64,000 bases of DNA from Oscillospiraceae bacterium (GTDB taxonomy: Bacteria > Bacillota > Clostridia > Oscillospirales > CAG-272). Below the pieces are notes generated by a model. The model worked only from the letters and a program-made list of their open reading frames with translations. It had not been told where the DNA came from and made no database searches. Where the stretch lies: positions 6,942 through 70,941 of the forward strand of contig SVSM01000003.1 of assembly GCA_015064295.1 (NCBI GenBank). The letters run 5' to 3'. How positions within the stretch are numbered: position 1 is the first letter of the stretch; each line of letters opens with the position of its first letter. The position numbers were made by a program, and so were the translations under genes. Below, piece by piece: positions 1 to 8,919 of this stretch.

Positions 1-1
1 G

Positions 2-928
2 AAGGTAGAGCTCAACATCTATAACGGCCTGCCCCACCTCTTGGTTCCCGTGGTGTCCGAGCCCAAGAAGGCCGCCGGCTCCCTCCAGTGGGCGGTGACC
101 GAAATGGAGCGCCGCTTCGCACTCATCGAGGAGGTAGGCGTCCGGGACGTGAAAATGTATAACACCGTCACCAAGGACGATCCCGAAAAGGAATTCCTCC
201 CCCAGATTGTCATCATCATCGACGAGCTTGCCGACCTGATGATGACGGCTCCCGACGACGTGGAGGATTCTATCTGCCGTCTGGCCCAGAAGGCCCGCGC
301 CGCCGGCATGCATCTCATCATCGGTACCCAGCGTCCCTCGGTGGACGTGATCACTGGCCTGATCAAGGCCAACGTGCCCTCCCGTATCGCCTTTACCGTA
401 GCCTCCCAGACCGACTCCCGCGTGGTGCTGGATATGGCAGGCGCCGAAAAGCTGATCGGACGAGGCGATATGCTCTACGCACCGGTCGGCGCCTCCAAGC
501 CCCGCCGTGTGCAGGGTGCTTTCGTCAGTGAGGTGGAGGTGGAGAACGTCGTGCGCTTCATCAAGGAACAAAACGGCGACGACGTGACCTATAGCTCCGA
601 GATCATGGACAGCATCGAGCGCGCCGCCGCGGCTTGCGGAAGCGGCAAGAAGGGCGGAGGCGGCATCGGCTCAGCCGACGGAGATCTGGACGACGGCGGC
701 GATTCCATGCTCCGTCCCGCCATCGAGCTGGCACTGGAGACCGGAAAGATCTCCACGTCCTTGATCCAAAGACGATTGTCTCTCGGCTACGGACGTGCCG
801 CCAAGCTCATCGATGAGATGGAAAAGCGCGGTATCGTGTCACCCCCCGAAGGGCAAAAGCCCCGCACCCTCCTGATCACCAAGCAACAGTATATGGAGAT
901 GGTGCTGAACCGCAGCGAGGAGCTGTGA
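2..928 (+). CDS. ftsK: DNA translocase FtsK/SpoIIIE, C-terminal part (5' truncated by window)
   Basis: Frame open from position 2 (KVELNIYNGLPHLL); IIIDELADLMM Walker B, RLAQKARAAGMHLIIGTQRPSVDVITGLIKAN, C-terminal gamma domain STSLIQRRLSLGYGRAAKLID. Confidence 0.97.
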   Translation, partial: KVELNIYNGLPHLLVPVVSEPKKAAGSLQWAVTEMERRFALIEEVGVRDVKMYNTVTKDDPEKEFLPQIVIIIDELADLMMTAPDDVEDSICRLAQKARAAGMHLIIGTQRPSVDVITGLIKANVPSRIAFTVASQTDSRVVLDMAGAEKLIGRGDMLYAPVGASKPRRVQGAFVSEVEVENVVRFIKEQNGDDVTYSSEIMDSIERAAAACGSGKKGGGGIGSADGDLDDGGDSMLRPAIELALETGKISTSLIQRRLSLGYGRAAKLIDEMEKRGIVSPPEGQKPRTLLITKQQYMEMVLNRSEEL

Positions 929-960
929 GACGCTCCTGCCACGGGATGCAACGCAAGAAA

Positions 961-996
961 AAAGGAGTGCCGCTGACGCGGCACTCCTTTCGTTTT
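961..996 (+). terminator. Intrinsic terminator after ftsK
   Basis: aaaggagtgccgc-tgac-gcggcactccttt followed by cgtttt. Confidence 0.85.
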
Positions 997-1122
997 GGTG
1001 AGGCAAGAGAGACGTGCTCGCCTTGCCGATGCTTGGCAACGCTTCCACAAAAAAGAGGGCCATTCTCTTGATTCCGTCATGAGAATGTGATACAATAAAA
1101 GAAAAAAACGATGGGGGATCTT

Positions 1123-2172
1123 ATGAGAGCAACGGAGATGGATATACAAAAGCTGGAGGAGCTCTACGCCGGCCGAAGGGCCTTTTTCGGCGACCTCCAC
1201 AACCACGCCGATACCTCGGATCGCAGCGACGGCAAGCGGCCCCTTTCCCATTGGCGGGGTGCCCTTGAGGCCTTGAAGATGGACTTTGCCGCCATCCTGG
1301 ACCACGGCCAGGTGGAGCATATGTATAAGCCCGAATGGGAGGACGGCCTGTTCGTGGGAGGCACCGAGCCGGGAACGAATATTTTAGACTTCAAGGGCGA
1401 ATCCGGTTATATGCATTACAACATGATCTTTGCCGATGCCAAGCCGCTGGAGGAGCTTTTGGAGGCGTTCCCCGAGTTTGAATTTACCGGAGGGATCTTC
1501 GGTCGGTTTCGCTATCCCGATTTCACCACCGAGCGTTTTGTGGAATTGGTGGATTACGTGTTGGCTCACGATGGCTTTTTCGTTCATCCCCATCCTGCAC
1601 AGCTGATGCGCTCCGAGGATCCTCGGGATTACGTGTTTCGGGAGCATACCGGTCTTGAGGTGTTTTACGGGAATCTGCGAAACGATTACACCAAGGCCAA
1701 CTATCAGCTTTGGCTGAGCATTTTGGCCTGCGGGCTGAAGGTCTACGCCACGGGCGGAAATGACAATCACGCCTGTGCGGCAGACACGGCGCTGACCTGC
1801 ATTTACGCCGAAGAAAAAAGCAACCGCGCCTATATCACCCGCTTGCGAGAGGGCGACGTGGTCTGTGGGTCGGTGGGGATCCGCATGGTCGTGAATGAGA
1901 CACGGATGGGCGGAACCTGCGATTTCCGCGGGGGACGGCTGGTATGGAGCGTGCAGGATTTTCATCCCAGCGTAAAGAACCCCGAGCACACCTACCGTGT
2001 GGAGCTTTGGGATCATAACGGTGTGGTGATGAGTCAAGAGATCCTCTGTGATCAGCCGTCATATTTTGCCGTCGATACCGATCCCAAAGCAAAATTTTAT
2101 CGGGTAGAGGTCATTGACGTAAACACCGGATACCGAATCGCATTGGGAAATCCCATTTGGAATCACGAGTAA
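1123..2172 (+). CDS. PHP-domain metallohydrolase (CehA/McbA-like)
   Basis: GDLHNH..SDG, LDH, GTE, HYN, HPHP, GGNDNH metal-ligand motifs; promoter ttgatt-17-tacaat at 1068-1096; start could be 1111 or 1138. Confidence 0.75.
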   Translation: MRATEMDIQKLEELYAGRRAFFGDLHNHADTSDRSDGKRPLSHWRGALEALKMDFAAILDHGQVEHMYKPEWEDGLFVGGTEPGTNILDFKGESGYMHYNMIFADAKPLEELLEAFPEFEFTGGIFGRFRYPDFTTERFVELVDYVLAHDGFFVHPHPAQLMRSEDPRDYVFREHTGLEVFYGNLRNDYTKANYQLWLSILACGLKVYATGGNDNHACAADTALTCIYAEEKSNRAYITRLREGDVVCGSVGIRMVVNETRMGGTCDFRGGRLVWSVQDFHPSVKNPEHTYRVELWDHNGVVMSQEILCDQPSYFAVDTDPKAKFYRVEVIDVNTGYRIALGNPIWNHE

Positions 2173-2181
2173 ACAAACAAC

Positions 2182-2216
2182 AAGAACCGTTGCGGGGACC
2201 GCAACGGTTCTTTCTT
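2182..2216. terminator. Bidirectional terminator between convergent genes
   Basis: aagaaccgttgcg-ggga-c-cgcaacggttctt with A-rich and T-rich flanks. Confidence 0.8.
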
Positions 2217-2256
2217 GTTGATTATATGATGCGCGTTTTCTGCGAAGAACAGGGCA

Positions 2257-4428
2257 TCAGCCTCTGTAATAATTGATCAGACAGCCGTCGAGGATGATCT
2301 GACGCTCGTCGTCGGTCATAGTGGGGATGGTAAGGGACATTTCCTTGGCAGAGCCGTCGGGCTTGATGACGTAGGCGGTGACGGTGGCGGTCTTGTCCTT
2401 TATAGCCGAGCGGACGCCGCGAACCAGCAGATAGTCGCCCACCGCAAAGTCGGGCTCATTTTCCACGGTGAAGGGGATCATGCCCCAGTTGATCAGATTG
2501 CTGCGGTAACGCTTGGTAGCGTATTCCAGAGCGATGTTGGCGGAGCCGCCGAGAACGCGCTGGCAGGAGGCGGCCTGCTCGCGGGCAGAGCCGTCGCCGG
2601 GCTTACGGGCGTAGATGACCGAGCCGATCTGGGGGAGAGCTTTGCTACCCGTCAGCTTTTCCAGGGTGTCGCAGACCGCCTCAAAGGGGGCGATAGCCAC
2701 GGCGGCCTTGGCACGCTCGACGTATGCGGGATCCTTGCGGGAGAGGGCAAATTCCGCCAGCTTCATGGGGTTGGAACGGTAGGAGGAGGTCTCACCCGAG
2801 GGGATCAGCTCGTCGGTAGTGGTGACGGGGTCGGTGATGTAGGAGCAGACCTTCATGAGGATGTCCTCACCGAGGGCAGGCATTTCGGGCCAATCGGCGA
2901 TGTTGGGGCCGAAGCGAAGCTCCACCGAGGGATCGGCCTTACCGAAGCTGTAGTAGACGCGGCTCTTGTAGGCGGCATCGTCGTAGACGTAATCGGGCTC
3001 GGAGTAGGTGATATCCAGGTCGGTGGCGGGGGTCAGAATACCGCCGTTTGCGGCGGTGGCGGCGATGGAGCGGGCGTCCATCAGGGCTACGAAGGCACTC
3101 TGGCCGTTACCGGGCTTGGAGCCCTCGCGGTTGGGGAAGTTACGGGTGGAATGACGGATGCTGAGGCAGCCGTTGGCGGGAACGTCGCCGGCACCGAAGC
3201 AGGGGCCGCAGAAGGCGGTACGAAGGGTGACGCCGGCATCCAGCAGGTCGGCGGCCACGCCGGTCCTCATGAGGCGGGTCATAACGGGCTGGCTTGCGGG
3301 ATAAGCCGAGAGGGCAAAGGCATCGTTACCGATGGACTTACCGCGGAGAATGTCGCCGGCAGCCACCAGGTTGTCGTAGATACCGCCGGCGCAGCCGGCC
3401 ATGACACCCTGATCGACGTGAAGATCACCGTTTTCGTCCACCTTGTCAAGAAGCTCGGTTAGGCCAAACTTCTCAAGGAGGCCCTTGGGATCGCGGCGGA
3501 ACTCGTTGATAGTAACGGCGTTGCTGGGATGGCAGGGCAGGGCGATCATACATTCCATTTTGGAGAGGTCGATGGTGACCATACCGTCGTAGTAGGCGAT
3601 AGGAGCCGGCTTCAGCTCCTGATAGTCCTCAGGACGGTTGTGGGTCTTGTAGTAGGCCTCGGTCTTGTCGTCGGTGACCCAAATGGAGGAGAGACAGGTG
3701 GTCTCGGTGGTCATGACGTCGATGCCGTTACGGAACTCGATGGGCAGATTCTTGACGCCCTCGCCCACGAACTCCAGCACCTTATTCTTGACGAAGCCGT
3801 TGGCAAAGACGGCGCCGATGAGGGCGATGGCCACGTCGTGAGGGCCGACGCCGGGACGGGGTGTGCCAACCAGATTGACGGCGATGACCTCCGGCATGGC
3901 GATGTCGTAGGTGCGGCAAAGGAGCTGCTTGACCAGCTCGGGGCCGCCCTCACCGATGGCCATGGTGCCGAGAGCACCGTAGCGGGTGTGGCTGTCGGAG
4001 CCAAGGATCATACGGCCGCAGGCGGTCATGGTCTCCCGCATATAGGAGTGAATGACCGACTGATGGGCGGGCACGTAAATGCCGCCGTACTTTTTGGCGG
4101 CCGAAAGACCGAAGAGATGGTCGTCCTCGTTGATGGTGCCGCCAACGGCGCAAAGGCTGTTGTGGCAGTTGGTGAGAACGTAGGGAATCGGGAACTTGGT
4201 GAGGCCGCTGGCGCGGGCGGTCTGGATGATGCCCACGTAGGTGATGTCGTGGGAGGCCATGGCGTCGAAGCGGATCTTGAGATCACGGTCGTTTCCCGAG
4301 GTATTATGGGAAGTGAGAATGGAGTAGGCAATGGTACCCTTTCTTGCTTCCTCGGGGGAAACGTCGCAGGTGTCGACAGGCTTAACGCCGTCGAGCAGAT
4401 ACACGCCGTGGTTGGTGAGCTGGATCAT
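2257..4428 (-). CDS. Aconitase-family hydratase (YbhJ-like, probable aconitate hydratase)
   Basis: GSDSHT, AGCAGG and FCGPCFG cluster cysteines, [28 protein letters not shown] swivel domain. Confidence 0.9.
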   Translation of the reverse strand: MIQLTNHGVYLLDGVKPVDTCDVSPEEARKGTIAYSILTSHNTSGNDRDLKIRFDAMASHDITYVGIIQTARASGLTKFPIPYVLTNCHNSLCAVGGTINEDDHLFGLSAAKKYGGIYVPAHQSVIHSYMRETMTACGRMILGSDSHTRYGALGTMAIGEGGPELVKQLLCRTYDIAMPEVIAVNLVGTPRPGVGPHDVAIALIGAVFANGFVKNKVLEFVGEGVKNLPIEFRNGIDVMTTETTCLSSIWVTDDKTEAYYKTHNRPEDYQELKPAPIAYYDGMVTIDLSKMECMIALPCHPSNAVTINEFRRDPKGLLEKFGLTELLDKVDENGDLHVDQGVMAGCAGGIYDNLVAAGDILRGKSIGNDAFALSAYPASQPVMTRLMRTGVAADLLDAGVTLRTAFCGPCFGAGDVPANGCLSIRHSTRNFPNREGSKPGNGQSAFVALMDARSIAATAANGGILTPATDLDITYSEPDYVYDDAAYKSRVYYSFGKADPSVELRFGPNIADWPEMPALGEDILMKVCSYITDPVTTTDELIPSGETSSYRSNPMKLAEFALSRKDPAYVERAKAAVAIAPFEAVCDTLEKLTGSKALPQIGSVIYARKPGDGSAREQAASCQRVLGGSANIALEYATKRYRSNLINWGMIPFTVENEPDFAVGDYLLVRGVRSAIKDKTATVTAYVIKPDGSAKEMSLTIPTMTDDERQIILDGCLINYYRG

Positions 4429-4557
4429 AGGGATCTCCTCCTGTCAGGTTCGCCGCTTCTCCCCGCAAAGAGAAAAGCGGTATGGAATAGAAAAGCGCCT
4501 CTTTTGGTATCAGAGGCGCTTCGGATTTCAAAATGGTTCCGTCAAGAACGCCCGAGA

Positions 4558-5016
4558 TCAGGCGGCAGAGGAGCTTTCGCCGGGCTCTTCCTCAGCAGAC
4601 TGGGAGTCGCTGTCGGCGGGCTCGTCAGCGGACTCGTCGGCAGAGCCGGAGGCGCTGTCGCTATCGGACTCGTCGCCCTCGCTTTCGGAGCCGGCGGCGC
4701 TGGATTCCTCGCTGGACTCAGCGGACTCGGATTCCGAATCGGTAGCGGTGAGCTCGTCGTAGATGTCGTCGAGGTCGGTGTCGTCCTGAATGATAAAGGA
4801 AACAAGAACCAGAACGGCAAACACGATGGCTACCACGGTGGTCACCTTAGGGAGCCAACCGTCAATACCCTTGCTCTTGTTCTTGCTGTAAAAGGTCTCG
4901 GCGGAGCCGCCGGCGATGGCGCCCGAGAGGTTCTTGTCCTTATCGGACTGAAGAAGAACCGCGATGATCAGAAAGATCGCGGCGATGATCAATAAAATGC
5001 CAATCGTAATATCCAT
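4558..5016 (-). CDS. secG: Preprotein translocase SecG with long acidic C-terminal tail
   Basis: Two TM helices flanking VLLQSDKDKNLSGAIAGG..ETF; GGAGG RBS upstream of ATG at 5016. Confidence 0.9.
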   Translation of the reverse strand: MDITIGILLIIAAIFLIIAVLLQSDKDKNLSGAIAGGSAETFYSKNKSKGIDGWLPKVTTVVAIVFAVLVLVSFIIQDDTDLDDIYDELTATDSESESAESSEESSAAGSESEGDESDSDSASGSADESADEPADSDSQSAEEEPGESSSAA

Positions 5017-5167
5017 GTTTATCCTCCAATATGTTCGTCGCCCGACCGCAAGAGGGCCGTATGGCAGCGACAATAACGGTATTTTATCAAAGCTTATCCA
5101 TTTTACCATACTTTTTCAAGAAATGCAAGAGCAAATACGGAATTTTCTGAAATTATTTTTGCAAATC

Positions 5168-5196
5168 TTGACAAAGCGGGGAGGGAGGTGTATAAT
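5168..5196 (+). promoter_or_regulatory. Sigma-A promoter for tRNA-Ser
   Basis: TTGACA-17-TATAAT with TG before the -10. Confidence 0.85.
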
Positions 5197-5283
5197 TTAT
5201 CTGTGTTTGTTCTTCGGAAGGCAAGGGCCGCCGAGACGAAAAACACAGAAAAACAGAAGTAGTGACTTTATAAAAGTAAATAC

Positions 5284-5372
5284 GGAGGGTTATCGAAGCG
5301 GTCATAACGAGGCGGTCTTGAAAACCGTTTGGGAGCAATCCCACGTGGGTTCGAATCCCACACCCTCCGCCA
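5284..5372 (+). tRNA. tRNA-Ser (anticodon TGA)
   Basis: Acceptor stem ggagggt/accctcc, anticodon arm gcggt-ctTGAaa-accgt, long variable arm, GTTCGAATC T-loop, encoded CCA. Confidence 0.97.
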
Positions 5373-5376
5373 AAGA

Positions 5377-5416
5377 ATAACCGTCATTCTGATACAACGG
5401 AATGACGGTTATTTTA
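5377..5416 (+). terminator. Terminator after tRNA-Ser
   Basis: ataaccgtcattc-tgatacaacg-gaatgacggttat followed by T run. Confidence 0.75.
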
Positions 5417-5697
5417 TACCCAAAATCAGCATTTTGCTAACTTTTAAACAGAGAAATTGATGAGCCGCCCGATTAGTGTCCTTCAAATCGTTGAAAGATT
5501 GATAATCGTTAAAATGTAGGCATAATTGATTTATAGGGCTATTCGTTGAAATGTAGCGCATATCGTTAAACGTACGGACATAGGACTAAAAATGGCGCAA
5601 ATTGCTGTGTCAACCAATAAGATACCACCAATGTTTTGTAAAACCATTGTCCAAAACAAAAGTTATGATATAATACCTACACAAGGAGGTGGTCCGT

Positions 5698-6375
5698 TTG
5701 GAAAAGATAGGCACCATTATACGAAATCATAGGATATCTAAAGGACTAACCCAAGAAGAGCTTGGAGCAAAAGTTTTTGTCAGCAAACAGGCTGTTTCAA
5801 AATGGGAAACAGGAAAAACACTCCCAGACATTGAAATGGTTAGAAAGCTATGTGATATTTTGGAAATAAGTAAAGACGAAATTTTAGGCGGCTCGATAGA
5901 AGAAACGAAGAAAAGTCGTAAATGGCTGAAAGTAGTTACCATTATTTCTGTAGTAAGTATTTTGGTTGCATTGTTTTTTGGATTGGGTGGATTTGACTAC
6001 ATTGATCGTCACACACAATCGGGAGTTGCGTATGTATCTGTATTTTGGGACGGCGAATTGCTCACAACCGACGAATACAGTATGACCAGCGATCTTGACT
6101 TTGAAGATTTCAAGAATGGCTATAAATCCGAGATCGACTACGGGGAAATCCGGGGAACAATAAACCTATCCCAAAAGTACGATATAGAGTTTGGTTTTGT
6201 AAATACAAATAATTGGCATAACGTTCACATTCGTTTAGATATAGAAAAGCAAAACGGTCAACTTGCAGTCAAGCAAACTATCAGTTACGAAACGGATAAC
6301 AAAGTTTATCAGGTTACAGTGACCGAGAATACTACAACTGACAATAAAGTGTCAGTTTACCGAGAAGGCGTATAG
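5698..6375 (+). CDS. XRE-family HTH regulator with one TM helix and C-terminal extracytoplasmic domain
   Basis: GLTQEELGAKVFVSKQAVSKWETGKTLPD HTH, hydrophobic VVTIISVVSILVALFFGLG; AGGAGG RBS before TTG 5698. Confidence 0.9.
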   Translation: MEKIGTIIRNHRISKGLTQEELGAKVFVSKQAVSKWETGKTLPDIEMVRKLCDILEISKDEILGGSIEETKKSRKWLKVVTIISVVSILVALFFGLGGFDYIDRHTQSGVAYVSVFWDGELLTTDEYSMTSDLDFEDFKNGYKSEIDYGEIRGTINLSQKYDIEFGFVNTNNWHNVHIRLDIEKQNGQLAVKQTISYETDNKVYQVTVTENTTTDNKVSVYREGV

Positions 6376-6376
6376 T

Positions 6377-6450
6377 TTTGCACCCCCCTGACCTAAAAAT
6401 GCACCCCCTGAAATGACTTTGCACCCCCTTACCTCAAAGGGGGTGCATTT
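6377..6450. repeat. Three direct and one inverted TGCACCCCC repeats
   Basis: ttttgcacccccct, aaatgcaccccct, tttgcaccccctt, then ggggggtgcattt. Confidence 0.85.
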
Positions 6451-6607
6451 GTATTAAAATTAGGCTTAGTCTTCAATAAAAAAGCCTTGAATTTTGGACG
6501 AACGACGCCAAAATCCGAGGCTTTTCCTCATTTTGAGGGAAGGAGTCTGAAGGAAGCGGCATACGGAAAGGAAGGGACGCATAGGATGTGGCGAAGGAGG
6601 TGTTCTT

Positions 6608-7084
6608 ATGTGGAATACGATAAAAACCTACGCCTATTCGATCGGGCTGGCGTTAGCGGTGGGCGGTTTATCGGCGTATCTGACGCGGAATAGCATGGAC
6701 GTGTATGCCGAGATCGTTCAGCCGCCGCTGGCGCCGCCCTCCATCCTCTTTCCCATCGTCTGGACGATCTTGTTCATTCTGATGGGAGTCAGCGCCGCGA
6801 TGGTGTATTTGAACCGAGATGCGGATCCCAAGGCAGCGGAAAAGGGGCTTTTGACCTATCTTGCCAGCCTGGCAGTCAACTTCAGCTGGAGCATTCTGTT
6901 TTTCCGTTACCGCGCGTATTTGTTTTGCTTTTTCTGGCTGTTGCTTCTCCTGCTGCTGATTTTCCGCACCATACGGTACTATCGGATGGTCAAGCCGCAG
7001 GCGGCCTGGCTTCAGATCCCCTACGCCTTGTGGGTGACCTTTGCCGGGTATTTGAATCTTGCCATCTGGTTTCTCAATCGGTAA
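6608..7084 (+). CDS. tspO: TspO/MBR tryptophan-rich sensory protein
   Basis: QPPLAPP..LFPIVWTILF, NFSWSILFF, LQIPYALWVTFAGYLN. Confidence 0.93.
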   Translation: MWNTIKTYAYSIGLALAVGGLSAYLTRNSMDVYAEIVQPPLAPPSILFPIVWTILFILMGVSAAMVYLNRDADPKAAEKGLLTYLASLAVNFSWSILFFRYRAYLFCFFWLLLLLLLIFRTIRYYRMVKPQAAWLQIPYALWVTFAGYLNLAIWFLNR

Positions 7085-7090
7085 ACAAAC

Positions 7091-7124
7091 AAAACCGCCG
7101 CCCTCAAGGGGGGTGGCGGTTTTA
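7091..7124. terminator. Bidirectional terminator
   Basis: aaaaccgccgccctc-aag-gggggtggcggtttt between convergent genes. Confidence 0.8.
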
Positions 7125-7143
7125 TCTCTTGGAGGAGACCCTA

Positions 7144-7953
7144 TCACGTGCTTTGGCGGGCGCTTGTGGGAGCAACGCCAAAGTGCTTGCGGAAGGCCTT
7201 GGCAAAGTAGCCGGGGTCGGTGTATCCGCAATGGGCGGCTACCTCCGAGATGGGGAGGGCGGTATGAGAAAGGAGCTTTTGGGCCTCTGTCATACGGATG
7301 CGGATCAGCGTCTGCCCCAGCGGCTCGCCGTAGCGGTCCCGATAGCGGTTCAAAAGGGCCGTACGGCTGATGGCAAAGCGGGCGCAGAGGGAGGCAATGG
7401 TAATGGGCTCGGCGTAGTGATCGGTCAGATAGGCCCTCACGTCGGAGGGGGTATCTCCCGACGGAGATTGCACGGCGTCGGTTAGCGTGATGTAGTCGGC
7501 AAAGACCGCCATGATCTCGGCACAGGCCTCGATCCTCTCGCGGGTATAGCCGGGAAGCTCGGTGAGCGCCTTTTTCAGCACGTCGGGATCACCGTGGCCT
7601 TCGGCCCGGCGCAGGGCCTCCTCCACGCCGACGCCGGCCTCGGGTACCTGTCCCATCATCAGAAAACCGGCGGGGGAGCCGTAGCGATAGAGCGGGCAGA
7701 CGGCCTCGTAGAGCCCGAAGGGACAGCGGTAGACGGTGAGAGTGCCGGTTTCGGCGGCCCGTCGGAAGGCCTCGCGGTCGCTTTCCTCGCAGCGGCGGCG
7801 GGAAAAGGCGTCCTGCTGGAGGCAGCGGCAGAAGGCGTGGGGACTTTCGGGGGAGGCGGCAAGCTCGCGGCCGTTTCGGTCGTGGATGGAAATACGAAAT
7901 CCTGTGACACGGTAAAGACGGTTTAGCAGCTCCTTCACATCGGGTTTGTTCAT
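7144..7953 (-). CDS. AraC-family regulator with N-terminal PocR sensor domain
   Basis: FC..L..RC..SD..YRCPFGLYEAVCP..GFLMMGQV (PocR); C-terminal ISEVAAHCGYTDPGYFAKAFRKHFG (AraC HTH). Confidence 0.92.
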   Translation of the reverse strand: MNKPDVKELLNRLYRVTGFRISIHDRNGRELAASPESPHAFCRCLQQDAFSRRRCEESDREAFRRAAETGTLTVYRCPFGLYEAVCPLYRYGSPAGFLMMGQVPEAGVGVEEALRRAEGHGDPDVLKKALTELPGYTRERIEACAEIMAVFADYITLTDAVQSPSGDTPSDVRAYLTDHYAEPITIASLCARFAISRTALLNRYRDRYGEPLGQTLIRIRMTEAQKLLSHTALPISEVAAHCGYTDPGYFAKAFRKHFGVAPTSARQST

Positions 7954-8094
7954 AGGTCCTCCGTGGGTAAAATCATGTTTCGGTACGATATTACCTATTA
8001 TTATACGATTTTTCCTTGAAAAGTCAAGGGCTTTACGCTATAATATTGTTAAATATACCATTTTTCCAACACGATGATCGGGAGGATTTTTACT

Positions 8095-8919
8095 ATGGCA
8101 AATGCAACGCTGGTCGTTATGGCCGCCGGTATGGGAAGCCGCTTTGGCGGCGTGAAGCAGCTGGAGCCCGTGGGAAAGCACGGCGAGGTGCTGCTGGACT
8201 ATTCGGTTTACGATGCGCTGAGAGCCGGCTTTGACAAGGTCGTCTTCATCATTAAGAAAGAGATCGAGGCCGATTTCAAGGCCCTGGCAGGAGACCGTAT
8301 CGCCCGCCACGTGGAGGTAGAGTACGTCTTCCAGACCACTCCTCCTCACCGCAAGAAGCCCTACGGCACCGGTGACGCCATCCTCTGCACCGAGAACGTA
8401 GTGGATTCTCCCTTCGCCGTCATCAACGCCGACGACTTCTACGGTGCCGATGCCTTCCGTCAGGTCTATCAGGGCCTTCAGAAGAAGGACGAATACTGCA
8501 TGGTTGGCTACCGTCTTGCCAATACCCTGTCGGAAAACGGCTCGGTGTCCCGCGGCGTCTGCGACATCAAGGACGGCTACCTTGCCAAGGTCACCGAGAT
8601 GACCGCCATCACCAAGGATACCGACCTGGATCCCGACACGGTGGTCTCCATGAATATGTGGGGCCTCCAGCCCGACATCTTCCCCGAGCTGAAGAGCCAG
8701 TTTGCCGAATTCCTTACCACTGCCGACATCACCAAGGATGAGTTCTACATTCCCTTCGTGGTGGACCGCGTGGTCAAGGAGGGCAAAAAGCAGGTGTCGG
8801 TCTACCGCACCTCGGCCGTCTGGTACGGCATGACCTACCGCGAGGATAAGGAAAAAGTAACGGAGGCCATCGCCAAGATGACCGCCGACGGGGAGTACCC
8901 GGAGGAGCTTTGGGGATAA
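8095..8919 (+). CDS. Sugar-phosphate nucleotidyltransferase
   Basis: LVVMAAGMGSRFGGVKQ, KPYGTGDA, INADDFYG; promoter ttgaaa-17-tataat at 8016-8044. Confidence 0.9.
   Translation: MANATLVVMAAGMGSRFGGVKQLEPVGKHGEVLLDYSVYDALRAGFDKVVFIIKKEIEADFKALAGDRIARHVEVEYVFQTTPPHRKKPYGTGDAILCTENVVDSPFAVINADDFYGADAFRQVYQGLQKKDEYCMVGYRLANTLSENGSVSRGVCDIKDGYLAKVTEMTAITKDTDLDPDTVVSMNMWGLQPDIFPELKSQFAEFLTTADITKDEFYIPFVVDRVVKEGKKQVSVYRTSAVWYGMTYREDKEKVTEAIAKMTADGEYPEELWG

Larger units (their letters stand above)
5373..6480. mobile_element. Low-GC islet downstream of tRNA-Ser, probable relic of an integrated element
   Basis: Abrupt AT-rich composition against GC-rich flanks, tRNA 3' location, repeat clusters at both ends; no integrase present. 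Confidence 0.6.

Noticed and set aside
3529-4995. 488-aa plus-strand ORF, and similar long antisense ORFs (8835-9656, 19885-20877, 21429-22586, 28942-30192, 38136-39794, 57903-59432, 60766-62070)
   Set aside because: Shadows of well-supported genes on the opposite strand, expected with GC-rich codon bias; no recognisable motifs.
6450-6530. attR duplication of the tRNA-Ser 3' end
   Set aside because: No copy of the tRNA 3' sequence found by eye; only a terminator-like hairpin at about 6481-6526.
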